Origin: an uncultured Oscillospiraceae bacterium
Lineage (GTDB): Bacteria > Bacillota > Clostridia > Oscillospirales > Oscillospiraceae
Assembly (NCBI GenBank): GCA_964395795.1
Contig: CAYNBS010000002.1
Span: forward strand, 51,293-115,292
DNA length: 64,000 bases
Direction: 5' to 3'
Positions 25,690 to 35,147 of the stretch are shown piece after piece. The translations under genes and the position numbers were made by a program. The first letter of the stretch is position 1, and each line of letters starts with the position of its first letter. Under the pieces are notes generated by a model. It was not told the DNA's origin, did not search any database, and worked only from the letters and a program-made list of their open reading frames with translations.

Positions 25690-26697
25690 ATGGTAACTCC
25701 CCAGACCCTGTTTCCTGTTCTTGCCCCCCTTGGCTTTGAGACCGTTGGGGCGGCTTGCTGCGGCACCTGGCGCGGCTACGCGGTCACGGTACGCGGCCTC
25801 CAGTATTCCCTTTTCCAGCTCGGCTTCGCCGTGCGGGTGGACAAGAAGAACACCGTCCTGAACAAGACGCTGAAGACCGCGCTGAAGGCCCAGCTGGGCA
25901 AGGTCTTCGGCGGCGTGGTCAACCAGGGCAACAGCCTGCTCTTTAACCTCCGCTTTGACGAGAAGAGCAATCTTGCGGAGCAGTTCCGCGTCTATGCCGA
26001 GGCGATCTGCCAGGCATTGGCCCAAAACGGGGTCGGCCCGGCCTGCACCTGCGCCGTGTGCCAGGGCGCGTCGCCCGAGAGCCTGTGCCTGATCGACGTG
26101 TTCCAGCCCGTTCACGCCTCCTGCGTGCAGCAGAAGGTTGTTGACGCCAAGGACGCCGCGGCGGAAAACCAGCAGAACGGCAGCTACCTCACCGGCACCC
26201 TGGGCGCCCTGCTGGGCGCGCTGGTAGGCACGATCCCCACAATCCTGCTGCTGTTGCTGAGCGACACCATCTCCGCCTTCCTGTTCGCGCTGGTGCCCCT
26301 GGCCGCCATGTTCGGCTACCGCCTCTTCAAGGGCAAGTCCGACACGGTATCCATCGTCATCATCGTGATCATCTCCATTCTCAGCGTGGGCTTCATCGCG
26401 CTGGCCTGCATCATCTGGGAAATCATGGACATGTTCGGCTGCAACCTGTTCCAGGCCTTCTCCCTCATCGGCTATATGCTTGACTGGAACGATTTCTTCG
26501 ATATCCTGGGCAGCTTCTGGAAGGGCTTCCTGTTCATGGGCCTTGGCATCTTCATCTCCTGGAGCTACCTGTCCAAGACCAACTCCACCCAGACCCAGAA
26601 CGCCGAGGCGCAGCTGAGCACCCTGCGGCCCAATCCCGCCTTCGCCCAGCAGGCCGACTATGCGCAGAGCGGGTCTTACGATCCCTATCAGCAGTAA
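25690..26697 (+). CDS. hypothetical membrane protein (cytosolic Cys-rich N-domain, 4-5 TM, Q-rich tail)
   Basis: 335-aa ORF with the CTCAVCQG..C..HASC cysteine pattern followed by hydrophobic helices. I recognise no family. Confidence 0.55.
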   Translation: MVTPQTLFPVLAPLGFETVGAACCGTWRGYAVTVRGLQYSLFQLGFAVRVDKKNTVLNKTLKTALKAQLGKVFGGVVNQGNSLLFNLRFDEKSNLAEQFRVYAEAICQALAQNGVGPACTCAVCQGASPESLCLIDVFQPVHASCVQQKVVDAKDAAAENQQNGSYLTGTLGALLGALVGTIPTILLLLLSDTISAFLFALVPLAAMFGYRLFKGKSDTVSIVIIVIISILSVGFIALACIIWEIMDMFGCNLFQAFSLIGYMLDWNDFFDILGSFWKGFLFMGLGIFISWSYLSKTNSTQTQNAEAQLSTLRPNPAFAQQADYAQSGSYDPYQQ

Positions 26698-26780
26698 CTT
26701 TTCCTCAATCGCATTTTTACCAGGAGGGCGCTTCGCGTTCTCCTGGTTTTCGGTTTCACTTTCCTCAAAGGAGTACGCTT

Positions 26781-27506
26781 ATGCATCAAGCCGTTCTCTT
26801 TCCCCCTCGCTTCCGCATCTTCAGCGGCAGCGGACTGAAGGCCCTGGCGCTCTTGGCCATGCTGGTGGACCACAGCGCCATCCTTTTCGCGCCCCTTCTG
26901 GGCCGGGAGCTCTTTGTCCTCTTCGGGCTCCGCTTTACGCCCTACCTCCTGCTGCGGGGCTTTGGGCGCATCGCCTTCCCCATCTTCTGTTTCCTGCTGG
27001 CGGAAGGCTATCGCCATACCCGGAGCCGGAGCCGCTACGCGCTCAGTCTGCTGCTCTTTTCCCTGCTCTCGGAGCTGCCCTACAATCTCTTCAACGCCGG
27101 CACTCTGCACTATGCCCACCAGAACGTCTTTTTCACCCTGCTGCTGGGCTTTCTCGCCATCTGGGCGCTGGATCGGTTTCGGGAGCAGCCCTTTTGGGCG
27201 GCGCTGTGCGTGCTGGGGTTGCTGGCTGCCTCTTATTTCCTCCATGCCGACTACGGGTGGAAGGGCTTCTGCTTTCTTGTATTGACCTATGTGGCGGCGG
27301 AGTACCCCGCGGCGCAGGCGCTGGCAGGCCTGTCCCTGCTGCCCTGGCCTGTCGGCGTTGCGCTGAGCTATCTGCCCCTCAATCTCTACAACGGCAAACG
27401 GGGCTTTATCCGTAGCCCTTGGCTGAAATATGGCTGCTACGCCTTCTACCCCGTCCATTTGCTGCTGCTGTGGCTGCTGCGGGTGTACGTTTTCGGCCAG
27501 GGCTGA
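26781..27506 (+). CDS. TraX family protein
   Basis: Contains LKALALLAMLVDH, GRIAFPIFCFLLAEGY and YAFYPVHLLLL, which are characteristic of TraX-like membrane acyltransferases. Confidence 0.8.
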   Translation: MHQAVLFPPRFRIFSGSGLKALALLAMLVDHSAILFAPLLGRELFVLFGLRFTPYLLLRGFGRIAFPIFCFLLAEGYRHTRSRSRYALSLLLFSLLSELPYNLFNAGTLHYAHQNVFFTLLLGFLAIWALDRFREQPFWAALCVLGLLAASYFLHADYGWKGFCFLVLTYVAAEYPAAQALAGLSLLPWPVGVALSYLPLNLYNGKRGFIRSPWLKYGCYAFYPVHLLLLWLLRVYVFGQG

Positions 27507-27519
27507 GGGTTCTTCCCGC

Positions 27520-27564
27520 AAAAAAACGCGCCGCGAAGGTTTTCCCTTCGCGGCGCGGTTTTTT
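27520..27564. terminator. bidirectional intrinsic terminator
   Basis: A-run, then CGCGCCGCGAAGG-ttttc-CCTTCGCGGCGCG, then a T-run. It lies between convergent genes. Confidence 0.8.
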
Positions 27565-27571
27565 GCACTTG

Positions 27572-28126
27572 TCAAGCCTTGACGCTTCCGTCGGCGTTGA
27601 AGAGAGGCAGCTTGTTCAGGACAATGATATCGTCCCGATCAAAGGCGTCGCCCTCGGCCAGAACGGCCATCCGGCCCGCCACGATGCCGCCGGCCTGGCG
27701 CACCAGCTCCTCGGTAGCCCGCAGGCTCTCGCCGGTGGAGATCACGTCATCCAGGATCAGGATCCGCTTGCCGCGGATCATCTCGGCGTCGGACGCATCC
27801 AGCACCAGCTTCTGCACATGCATGGTGGTGATGGATCTCACGTTCACCTCGAACACCTCGGACATATAGGCCTTGACGCCCTTGCGGGCCACGAAGTATT
27901 TCTCCGCCCCGCTCTGGCGAGCCATCTCGTACAGCAGGGGGATGGCCTTGGCCTCCGGCGCCAGCAGGTAGTCATACTCCGGCGCGCGCTTGAGCAGCTC
28001 CGCCGCGCAGTGCACCGTGAGCTCCACATCCCCAAACATCACGAAAGCGCCAATGTACAGATCATCCGTCACCTTGCAGATGGGAAGCTGCCTCTTCAGG
28101 CCGCAGATATCCATTTCATAAGTCAT
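27572..28126 (-). CDS. phosphoribosyltransferase family protein (adenine/purine PRT-like)
   Basis: PRPP-binding motif ILILDDVISTGES. 184 aa. Confidence 0.8.
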   Translation of the reverse strand: MTYEMDICGLKRQLPICKVTDDLYIGAFVMFGDVELTVHCAAELLKRAPEYDYLLAPEAKAIPLLYEMARQSGAEKYFVARKGVKAYMSEVFEVNVRSITTMHVQKLVLDASDAEMIRGKRILILDDVISTGESLRATEELVRQAGGIVAGRMAVLAEGDAFDRDDIIVLNKLPLFNADGSVKA

Positions 28127-28167
28127 TGTATCGTTCCTCCTAAGAGCATTGTTCTTCAGACTTTTTT

Positions 28168-28195
28168 ATTGTACAAGAAAACCGCAAAAAATCAA
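28168..28195 (-). promoter_or_regulatory. SigA-type promoter for the PRT gene
   Basis: On the minus strand, TTGATT, a 16-nt spacer, then TACAAT. It lies about 42 nt upstream of ATG 28126, and AGGAGGAA serves as the RBS. Confidence 0.5.
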
Positions 28196-28230
28196 GAGGA
28201 AAGCGAAAGAAAGTTTCCCTCTTTTCCCGG

Positions 28231-28263
28231 GAAAACAAAGAGCCGCAGGTTTTACCCTGCGGC
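28231..28263 (-). terminator. intrinsic terminator after the PDZ-protein gene
   Basis: GCCGCAGG-gtaaaa-CCTGCGGC followed by TCTTTGTTTTCC on the minus strand. Confidence 0.65.
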
Positions 28264-28307
28264 CCTTCGTTTGGGAGAAAAGAGAGGATATTAGGAGTAG
28301 AAAAGTA

Positions 28308-29111
28308 TCAATTGGAATGGTCCCCGCCCTGCCGGCTTGCGCCGGGATCGGGGTTCTTCTCGTCAAACACCACGGCAACGGTCATCTGATCGCCGGCGCG
28401 GTAGAGGACGAGGGCGGCGCTGTCGCCGGCGTCGTACTGCCGGAGCGCCTCGCACAGATCGGCGGAGCTTTCCACCGGCCTCTCGCCGATTTGGACGATG
28501 ATATCGCCATCCAGCAGCCCGGCCCGTTCCGCAGTGGAACGGGGCTCCACCCGGTCCACATAGGCTCCCAGGGGCATGCCGTAATACTGGGCGACCGTCT
28601 GGTTATAGTCCTCGTCCAGCCACACACCCAGATAGGCGTTCCCGGCGGCCTCGCTCATGCCGGCCTGGGAAGGAAGCCTGGAAGCATCCGGAGACGCCGC
28701 CTCGGCACACTGCCGCTCCGGCGCGGAGATGCTTTTCTCGCCGGGGACGCGCTCCCCTTCGACTTCCTGCAGCGCGGCTTCCACCGCCCTGAGGCGGCGG
28801 GCCGAGACTCCGTAGATCGCCGCCGCGCCGAGCACCGCGCCCAAGAGCGCGCAGGCCAGGCAGAGGCTGATCACGGTTGCGGCGCAGAAGCGCCCTTCGC
28901 CCTTCTTCTGTTCCGGCATGCTGCGGCGCTGCCGCGTCTCCCGCACCGGGGGCGTATAGAACCGGGGCGGCACCGTGGTGGAGCCGGCGGGCTCATAATG
29001 GGCGTCGGCATACAGCTGGCGGGCGGCTTCCATTTTGTCAGCCGTGGCAGGCCCAGTTGCCCGTTCCCTGCCGGGATTCTGATTCAAAAAACCCTCGTCT
29101 TGCGCCGTCAT
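28308..29111 (-). CDS. PDZ domain-containing membrane protein
   Basis: One TM segment (FCAATVISLCLACALLGAVLGAAAIYG) and a C-terminal PDZ pattern GAYVDRVEPRSTAERAGLLDGDIIVQIG. Confidence 0.7.
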   Translation of the reverse strand: MTAQDEGFLNQNPGRERATGPATADKMEAARQLYADAHYEPAGSTTVPPRFYTPPVRETRQRRSMPEQKKGEGRFCAATVISLCLACALLGAVLGAAAIYGVSARRLRAVEAALQEVEGERVPGEKSISAPERQCAEAASPDASRLPSQAGMSEAAGNAYLGVWLDEDYNQTVAQYYGMPLGAYVDRVEPRSTAERAGLLDGDIIVQIGERPVESSADLCEALRQYDAGDSAALVLYRAGDQMTVAVVFDEKNPDPGASRQGGDHSN

Positions 29112-29268
29112 GCCGCAGAACCTCTTTTTTTCTGATCTTCTGATGGCGCTATCTTAGCGGATAATTATGACCGTGGCATGAACAAAGCCCAAAATGATTA
29201 TGAACAATCCTTCCTTTTTCGCCCAATTTGACGGAACAGGCCGCCTCCCGGAGGCTGCGTCCGTTTCC

Positions 29269-30519
29269 TTATATCTTCAGTCCGGTGAGATAGCGGCGCA
29301 TCATGTCGTAGAGATGGTTGCCCGCCATGCGGCGGATGAAGCTGCGGGTGCGGAATTGGCCCAGGTGCAGCTCGCGCACATAGGTCTCCCCCTCCACGGC
29401 CATGGAGACGAAGACGGTGCCCACCTCGTGCACGCCGTCCCCATCCGGTCCGGCGAGACCCGTGACGCCCAGGCCGATATCCGCCCCGGTGAGGGCGCGG
29501 ACCCGCTCCGCCATGAGCCGGGCCACCGGCTCGCTGACGGCGCCGTTTGCTTCGATCAGGTCCCGGTCGATGCCCAGAAGCCGGGCCTTGACCTCGTTGG
29601 TATAGGTGACGCAGCCGCCGGCAAAGACGGCGCTGGCGCCGGGGATCTCGGTGATCCGCCGGGCCACGTCCCCGCCGGTGCAGCTCTCGGCGGCGGCAAA
29701 GGTCAGTCCCCGCTCTTTCAGCAAGGGCAGCACTGCCTCTTCGATACACTCCACATCCATGCCGTAGACGGTTTCGCCCAGGCGCTCCTTCACCTGCGCG
29801 ATCACAGGAGCCATCATCTCCTCGGCCTCCGCCTCGCTCTTGGCCTTGGCGGTAATTTGCAGCAGGCAGTCGCACTCCTTGGCGTAGGGCGCCATGCTGG
29901 GATTGGACATGGCGTTCATTTCATCGGCAAAGAGATCGTCCACCGCGCTCTCCCCCAGGCCGAAAATGCGGACGGAGTGGGACACGATCTGCTCCTCCGA
30001 GAGCTTTTTCAGGTACGGGATCCCGTATTCCCGGAACATGGGTACGCACTCGTTGGGCGGCCCCGGCAGCATCAGGACGATCTTGCCCTCCGCCTCAAAG
30101 GCGCAGCCCGGGGCCGTGCCCCAGCGGTTATGGAACACGGTGCAGCCCTCCGGCAGCAGGGCCTGGGCGAAGTTGTTGGGCGTAAATTCCCGTCCCGGGT
30201 GGATGTATTCATACAGCCCCTCCCGCTCGGCGGCGTTCTCCACCAGCCGAAGGCCAAAGCTCTCCGCCAGGACCTGCTTGGTCAGATCGTCGCAGGTAGG
30301 CCCCAGGCCGCCGGTGGTGATGATCACGTCCGCCCGGTTCTTGGCAGTCTCCACGCAGGCGGCAAGCCGCCCGGGGTTATCCCCCACCACAGTGTGATAG
30401 CGCACGTTCACGCCGATTTTCGAGAGCATCTCGGAGATGTCCCGGGCGTCGGTATTGGTGATGTGGCCCAGCAGCAGCTCCGTGCCCACGGAGAGGATCT
30501 CGGTGTTATACTCCCGCAT
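29269..30519 (-). CDS. cinA: competence/damage-inducible protein CinA (MoCF-binding domain plus PncC nicotinamide-nucleotide amidase domain)
   Basis: N-terminus EILSVGTELLLGHITNTDA, then IITTGGLGPTCDDLT, then a C-terminal ESCTGG motif. Confidence 0.9.
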   Translation of the reverse strand: MREYNTEILSVGTELLLGHITNTDARDISEMLSKIGVNVRYHTVVGDNPGRLAACVETAKNRADVIITTGGLGPTCDDLTKQVLAESFGLRLVENAAEREGLYEYIHPGREFTPNNFAQALLPEGCTVFHNRWGTAPGCAFEAEGKIVLMLPGPPNECVPMFREYGIPYLKKLSEEQIVSHSVRIFGLGESAVDDLFADEMNAMSNPSMAPYAKECDCLLQITAKAKSEAEAEEMMAPVIAQVKERLGETVYGMDVECIEEAVLPLLKERGLTFAAAESCTGGDVARRITEIPGASAVFAGGCVTYTNEVKARLLGIDRDLIEANGAVSEPVARLMAERVRALTGADIGLGVTGLAGPDGDGVHEVGTVFVSMAVEGETYVRELHLGQFRTRSFIRRMAGNHLYDMMRRYLTGLKI

Positions 30520-31701
30520 TTATGCTTCCTCCACGTCCAGGCGAATCCGCTCAATTCCCTGCAGGGACTCCTCCACCAATGCCTCCACGTCCAGGGCGCT
30601 CTCGGCGGCCTCGACCTCTTGAACCGTGGGCCGGGTGCGGGGATGCCGGGGGGTGAAGACGGTGCAGCAGTCCTCATAGGGCAGGATGGAGGTGTCGAAG
30701 GTGCCGATCCTGCGGCTGAGCTGCACGATCTCCTCCTTGTCCATGCCGATGAGGGGCTGGAGCACGGGAAGAGACAGCACCGCCTGGGTGGAGGCCATGG
30801 CCTCCATGGTCTGGCTCGCCACCTGCCCCAGGTTCTCCCCGGTGACGATGGCGCGCCCGCCGTTACTCAGCGCGATCCGCTCGGCAATACGCATCATGAA
30901 GCGGCGCATGATGAGCGTGAAGTATTCCTCCGGGCACTTGTCCCGGATTTCCTCCTGAATATGGGTAAACGGCACCACTTCCAGGGTCATTTTGCCGCAC
31001 CAGGCGGTCAAAAGCCGGGCAAGCTCCACCACTTTCTCCTTGGCCTGCTGGGAGGTATAGGGGAAGGAGAAGAAGTGCACCGGGATGAGGCGCACGCCGC
31101 GCTTGGCGATCATGTAGGTGGAAACGGGGCTGTCGATGCCGCCGGAGAGCAGGGTCACGGCCACGCCGTTGGAGCCCACGGGCATGCCGCCGGCGCCGTT
31201 GATGGGCTGGGCATGGACATAGGCCGCCAGATCCCGGATCTCCAGATTCACGATCAGCTCCGGCTCATGCACGTCCACCCTGCAGTTGGGATAGGCCTCG
31301 GCCAGCTCCCCGCCCACATACTGGCTGAGCTGGATGGAGGTCATGGGAAAGCTCTTGTCGCTGCGCTTGGACTCCACCTTGAAGCTCTTGGCCCGCAGCA
31401 TGTCGTCCCGCAGGTAGTCGATGGCGAGGCGGGCAATGGCGTCCTTGTCCTTTTCGCAGGCGGCGGCCCTGCTGATCTTCACCACGCCGAAGACCTTCTG
31501 CACCGCCTCAAAGGCTGCGTCCATGTCCGCCCCGTCCTCCAGGGCCTCCACATACACCGTGGACTGCATGCACGTCACCTTGAATTTGCCGATGGGTACC
31601 AGCCTGCGGCGGATATTGCCCATGAGCTTCTGCTCGAAGCCCTTGCGGTTCAGGCCCTTCAGGACGATCTCGCCCAGCTTGAGAAGGATAATGTCATTCA
31701 T
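30520..31701 (-). CDS. thiI: tRNA uracil 4-sulfurtransferase ThiI
   Basis: Begins MNDIILLKLGEIVLKGLNR, followed by a THUMP region and the PP-loop LLSGGIDSPV. ATG 31701 chosen. No rhodanese domain. Confidence 0.9.
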   Translation of the reverse strand: MNDIILLKLGEIVLKGLNRKGFEQKLMGNIRRRLVPIGKFKVTCMQSTVYVEALEDGADMDAAFEAVQKVFGVVKISRAAACEKDKDAIARLAIDYLRDDMLRAKSFKVESKRSDKSFPMTSIQLSQYVGGELAEAYPNCRVDVHEPELIVNLEIRDLAAYVHAQPINGAGGMPVGSNGVAVTLLSGGIDSPVSTYMIAKRGVRLIPVHFFSFPYTSQQAKEKVVELARLLTAWCGKMTLEVVPFTHIQEEIRDKCPEEYFTLIMRRFMMRIAERIALSNGGRAIVTGENLGQVASQTMEAMASTQAVLSLPVLQPLIGMDKEEIVQLSRRIGTFDTSILPYEDCCTVFTPRHPRTRPTVQEVEAAESALDVEALVEESLQGIERIRLDVEEA

Positions 31702-31714
31702 CGTATGCTTCCTC

Positions 31715-33229
31715 TTATTCTGTAAATTCATAGCTGCGGTACTGGATCGCCTCGGCAATATGCTCCGGGGCGATGCGCTCGCTTCCGGCCAGATCCGCGA
31801 TGGTCCTGGCCACCCGCAAAATCCGGTCATAGCTTCGGGCCGAAAGGCCCATGGCGTCAAAGGCGTCCTTCATCATCTGATCGCTTTCCGGATCGAGCTG
31901 GCAGCAGGAACGCAGCTCCTTCACGTCCATGCGGGCGTTGGTCACCGTGCTGTCCGCGCCGAAGCGGCGGCGCTGCACCTCCCGGGCGGCGTCCACCCGC
32001 TTCTTGATCTCCGCCGAGGGCTCGGCGGGTGTGCGGCGCTTCAGCTCCTCATACTCCAGGGCCGGCACCTCCACGATCAGGTCGATCCGGTCCAGCAGCG
32101 GGCCGGAGATCCGGCTCTGATACCGCCGCACCTCCTGCACCGAGCAGCGGCAGCGGCCCGAGGGGTGCCCGTACCAGCCACACTTGCAGGGGTTCATGGC
32201 GCAGACCAGCATGAAGCGGCTGGGAAAGGTCACCGTACCCGCCGCCCGGGAGACGGTCACTTCCCCATCCTCCAGGGGCTGGCGCATGACCTCCAGCACG
32301 TTTGGTCCGAATTCCGGCAGCTCATCCAGAAACAGCACGCCCAGGTGGGCGATGCTCAGCTGGCCGGGGTGGGGGATCGTTCCCCCGCCGGCCATGCCCG
32401 CCATGGAGATGGTGTGGTGGGGCGAGCAGAAGGGCCGGGTGGCCACGATGGGCCGCTTCCGGCTGGTGAGGCCGGCGACGGAGTGGATCTCCGTGGCCTC
32501 GACCATCTCCCGGCGGCTCATGTCCGGCAGGATGCCGGGCAGGCGTTTTGCCATCATGGACTTCCCTGCTCCCGGCGGGCCGATCAGCAGGATGTTATGC
32601 CCGCCGGCGGCGGCAATTTCCATGGCCCGCTTCACGCTCTCCTGCCCCTTTACATCGGCAAAATCCGGCAGTCCCTGGCGGGAATCCTCCGGGTCGGGCG
32701 CGGGGCTGGGGGCAATCGTCTCCTCCCCCTTCAGATGGCGGAGAAGCTGGGACACATTCTCCACCGGGTATACGGAAATCTCCTCGGCGAAGGCGGCCTC
32801 CAGGGCATTCTCCGCCGGGACAAACAGGTATTTTATGCCCTCCCGCTGGGCGGCAATGGCCATGGGCAGGGCGCCGGTGACGGGTCGCAGCTCGCCGGTA
32901 AGGGAGAGCTCCCCCAGAAAGGCGCAGTCCTCCCCGGGATGCTTGATTTCCCCGGTGGCGGCAAGGATCCCCACCAGCATGGGCAGATCGTAGACCGTGC
33001 CGGCCTTCTTCTTGTCCGCCGGGGCCAGGTTCACCGTCATCCGGCTCACCGGGAAGCGGAAGCCGTTATTCTTGATGGCGGCGCGCACCCGTTCCCGGGA
33101 CTCCTTCACCGCCGCGTCCGGCAGACCCACGATGTCGAAGGCGGGCAGGCCGTTGGAGATGTCCACCTCCACCGTCACGCCGTAGCCGCCCACGCCGCTG
33201 ACGCCCAGACTCTTCACACGCGCAAACAT
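31715..33229 (-). CDS. comM: YifB/ComM family Mg-chelatase-like AAA+ ATPase
   Basis: Contains GVTVEVDISNGLPAFDIVGLPD, LLIGPPGAGKSM and GVLFLDELPEF. 504 aa. Confidence 0.9.
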   Translation of the reverse strand: MFARVKSLGVSGVGGYGVTVEVDISNGLPAFDIVGLPDAAVKESRERVRAAIKNNGFRFPVSRMTVNLAPADKKKAGTVYDLPMLVGILAATGEIKHPGEDCAFLGELSLTGELRPVTGALPMAIAAQREGIKYLFVPAENALEAAFAEEISVYPVENVSQLLRHLKGEETIAPSPAPDPEDSRQGLPDFADVKGQESVKRAMEIAAAGGHNILLIGPPGAGKSMMAKRLPGILPDMSRREMVEATEIHSVAGLTSRKRPIVATRPFCSPHHTISMAGMAGGGTIPHPGQLSIAHLGVLFLDELPEFGPNVLEVMRQPLEDGEVTVSRAAGTVTFPSRFMLVCAMNPCKCGWYGHPSGRCRCSVQEVRRYQSRISGPLLDRIDLIVEVPALEYEELKRRTPAEPSAEIKKRVDAAREVQRRRFGADSTVTNARMDVKELRSCCQLDPESDQMMKDAFDAMGLSARSYDRILRVARTIADLAGSERIAPEHIAEAIQYRSYEFTE

Positions 33230-33260
33230 CTTTGCACATCCTTTCGGATCAATCCAGCAA

Positions 33261-33320
33261 GGCGGCTACCAGCCGCCCGCTGACAGATTCTATCGGCGGG
33301 CGGCTGATAGCCGCCCCTAC
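33261..33320. repeat. GTAG-headed palindromic repeat, inverted pair with degenerate left unit (copy B)
   Basis: GGCGGCTACCAGCCGCCCGC, 14 nt, then GGCGGGCGGCTGATAGCCGCCCCTAC. It lies between the aspS stop and the comM start. Confidence 0.85.
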
Positions 33321-33329
33321 AAGTATCGA

Positions 33330-35102
33330 TTATTCTTCCGCCGTCACCCGGATGTGCAGCTCGTCCAGCTGCTTCTGGGTGACCTCGGAGGGAGCGCCCA
33401 TCATGATATCCTGGGCGTTCTTGTTCATGGGGAAGGGAATGACCTCGCGGATGGAGTCCTCCCCGGCCAGGAGCATGACCATGCGGTCCACCCCCGGGGC
33501 AATGCCCGCGTGAGGGGGCGCGCCGTAGCAGAAGGCGTTGTACATGGCGGGGAACTTGGCCTTCACATCCTCCTCGCCCAGGCGCACCAGCTCAAAGGCC
33601 TTGACCATGATCTCGGGATCGTGGTTCCGCACCGCGCCGGAGGAAAGCTCCACGCCGTTGCAGACCAGGTCGTACTGATCGGCGGTGATGGTGAGAGGAT
33701 CCAGCTCGCCCCGCTCGGCCTTCAGCAGCACCTCCAGCCCGCCGGAGGGCATGGAGAAGGGATTGTGGCAGAACTCCAGCTCGCCGCTCTCCTCCCCGAT
33801 CTCGTACATGGGGAAGTCCACGATCCAGCAGAATTCGTAGCGTTCTTTGTCCATATGGCCGGGCACCGCGGCGCCCAGCATCTTGCGCAGCACGCCCGCG
33901 GTCTTCACGGCCTGGTCGTGCTTCCCGGCGGCAAAGCCCACCAGATATCCGTCGGCAAGGCCCAGTTTCTCGATGAGGGAAGCGGCCCGGTCGTTCAGGA
34001 ACTTGGCCACGCCGCCCACGAAGGCGCCGTTTTCCACCTTGGTCCAGTAGGGCTTGGAGCCGGACTGCACCTCCACATCGGCGCAGAGCTTGTCGATCTG
34101 CTTGCGCGTGAGCTCGCAGCCGCTCACCGCGATGGCCTTCACAGTGTTGCCGGCGGCAAAGGGCGGGAACTCCGTGCCCTGCACCAGATCGGTCACGTCC
34201 TCCACGGTCAGGTCGATGCGCAGGTCGGGCTTGTCGGAGCCGTACTTCTCCATGGCCTCCCGGTAGGGGATGCGCCGGAAGGGAGCGGTGGAGGCAATAT
34301 CATAGGTGCCGTACTTGGCAAAGATGGGCGGCAGCACGTCCTCCAGGACGGCAAACACGTCCTCCTGGCTGGCAAAGGCCATCTCCATATCCAGCTGGTA
34401 AAACTCGCCGGGGCTGCGGTCGCCGCGGGCGTCCTCATCCCGGAAGCAGGGGGCGATCTGGAAATAGCGGTCAAAGCCGGAGGTCATCAGCAGCTGCTTG
34501 AACTGCTGGGGCGCCTGGGGCAGAGCGTAGAACTTGCCGGGATGCTTGCGGGCAGGCACCAGGTAATCCCGCGCGCCCTCGGGAGAGGAGGCAGTCAGGA
34601 TGGGGGTGGTGATCTCCAGGAAGCCGTGCTCCGTCATGGCCTGCCGCAGGGCGGAGACCACGTTGCAGCGCAGGATGATGTTCTGCTTCACGGCGGGGTT
34701 GCGCAGATCCAGGTAGCGGTACTTGAGGCGCTGGGTCTCGTCCGCGTCCCGGCTGCGGTTGATTTCAAAGGGCAGCTCGTTATAGCGGCAGCGGCCCAGG
34801 ATCTCCACCTTCTCGGGGACGATCTCGATCTCGCCGGTGGGCTGCTTGGGGTTCTTGCTGGCCCGCTCCCGGACGCTGCCCTCCACGGAAATGGTGGACT
34901 CCTTGGTGATGGCCCGGAAGGCGGCGACCATATCCTCCGTCTCCGCTACCACCTGGGTGGTGCCGTAGAAATCGCGGACGACCACGAAGGCCAGGTTTCC
35001 GCCCACCACGCGCACGTTCTCCATCCAGCCGACGATTTTGACTTTCTCTCCTGCGTTCCGGAGCCGCAGCTCCCCGCAGGTATGGGTACGGGACTGTGTC
35101 AT
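33330..35102 (-). CDS. aspS: aspartate--tRNA ligase
   Basis: 590 aa. Contains RTHTCGELR, FYALPQAPQQFKQLLM, CFRDEDARGDR and the class II motif 3 GGAPPHAGIAPGVDR. Confidence 0.97.
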   Translation of the reverse strand: MTQSRTHTCGELRLRNAGEKVKIVGWMENVRVVGGNLAFVVVRDFYGTTQVVAETEDMVAAFRAITKESTISVEGSVRERASKNPKQPTGEIEIVPEKVEILGRCRYNELPFEINRSRDADETQRLKYRYLDLRNPAVKQNIILRCNVVSALRQAMTEHGFLEITTPILTASSPEGARDYLVPARKHPGKFYALPQAPQQFKQLLMTSGFDRYFQIAPCFRDEDARGDRSPGEFYQLDMEMAFASQEDVFAVLEDVLPPIFAKYGTYDIASTAPFRRIPYREAMEKYGSDKPDLRIDLTVEDVTDLVQGTEFPPFAAGNTVKAIAVSGCELTRKQIDKLCADVEVQSGSKPYWTKVENGAFVGGVAKFLNDRAASLIEKLGLADGYLVGFAAGKHDQAVKTAGVLRKMLGAAVPGHMDKERYEFCWIVDFPMYEIGEESGELEFCHNPFSMPSGGLEVLLKAERGELDPLTITADQYDLVCNGVELSSGAVRNHDPEIMVKAFELVRLGEEDVKAKFPAMYNAFCYGAPPHAGIAPGVDRMVMLLAGEDSIREVIPFPMNKNAQDIMMGAPSEVTQKQLDELHIRVTAEE

Positions 35103-35120
35103 AGTTGTTGCCTCCTATAT

Positions 35121-35145
35121 GCGGGCGGCGGATTGCCGCCCCTAC
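35121..35145. repeat. GTAG-headed palindromic repeat, single variant unit (copy C)
   Basis: GCGGGCGGCGGATTGCCGCCCCTAC. It lies in the 45-nt hisS-aspS gap. Confidence 0.75.
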
Positions 35146-35147
35146 GA

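Noticed and set aside
26781-27506. TraX as a marker of a conjugative element
   Set aside because: It is a lone gene with host-like GC. No relaxase, coupling protein or type IV secretion genes are in the window. TraX-like acyltransferases are common stand-alone chromosomal genes.
29194-31725. 843-aa plus-strand ORF opposite cinA and thiI. Similar cases are 37009-38832, 41440-43482, 44363-46468 (minus), 47222-49063 (minus), 8822-10219 (minus), 57896-60610 (plus) and 62894-63839 (minus)
   Set aside because: Each overlaps one or more genes with clear family motifs on the other strand, and several span two or three such genes. None has an RBS or recognisable motifs.
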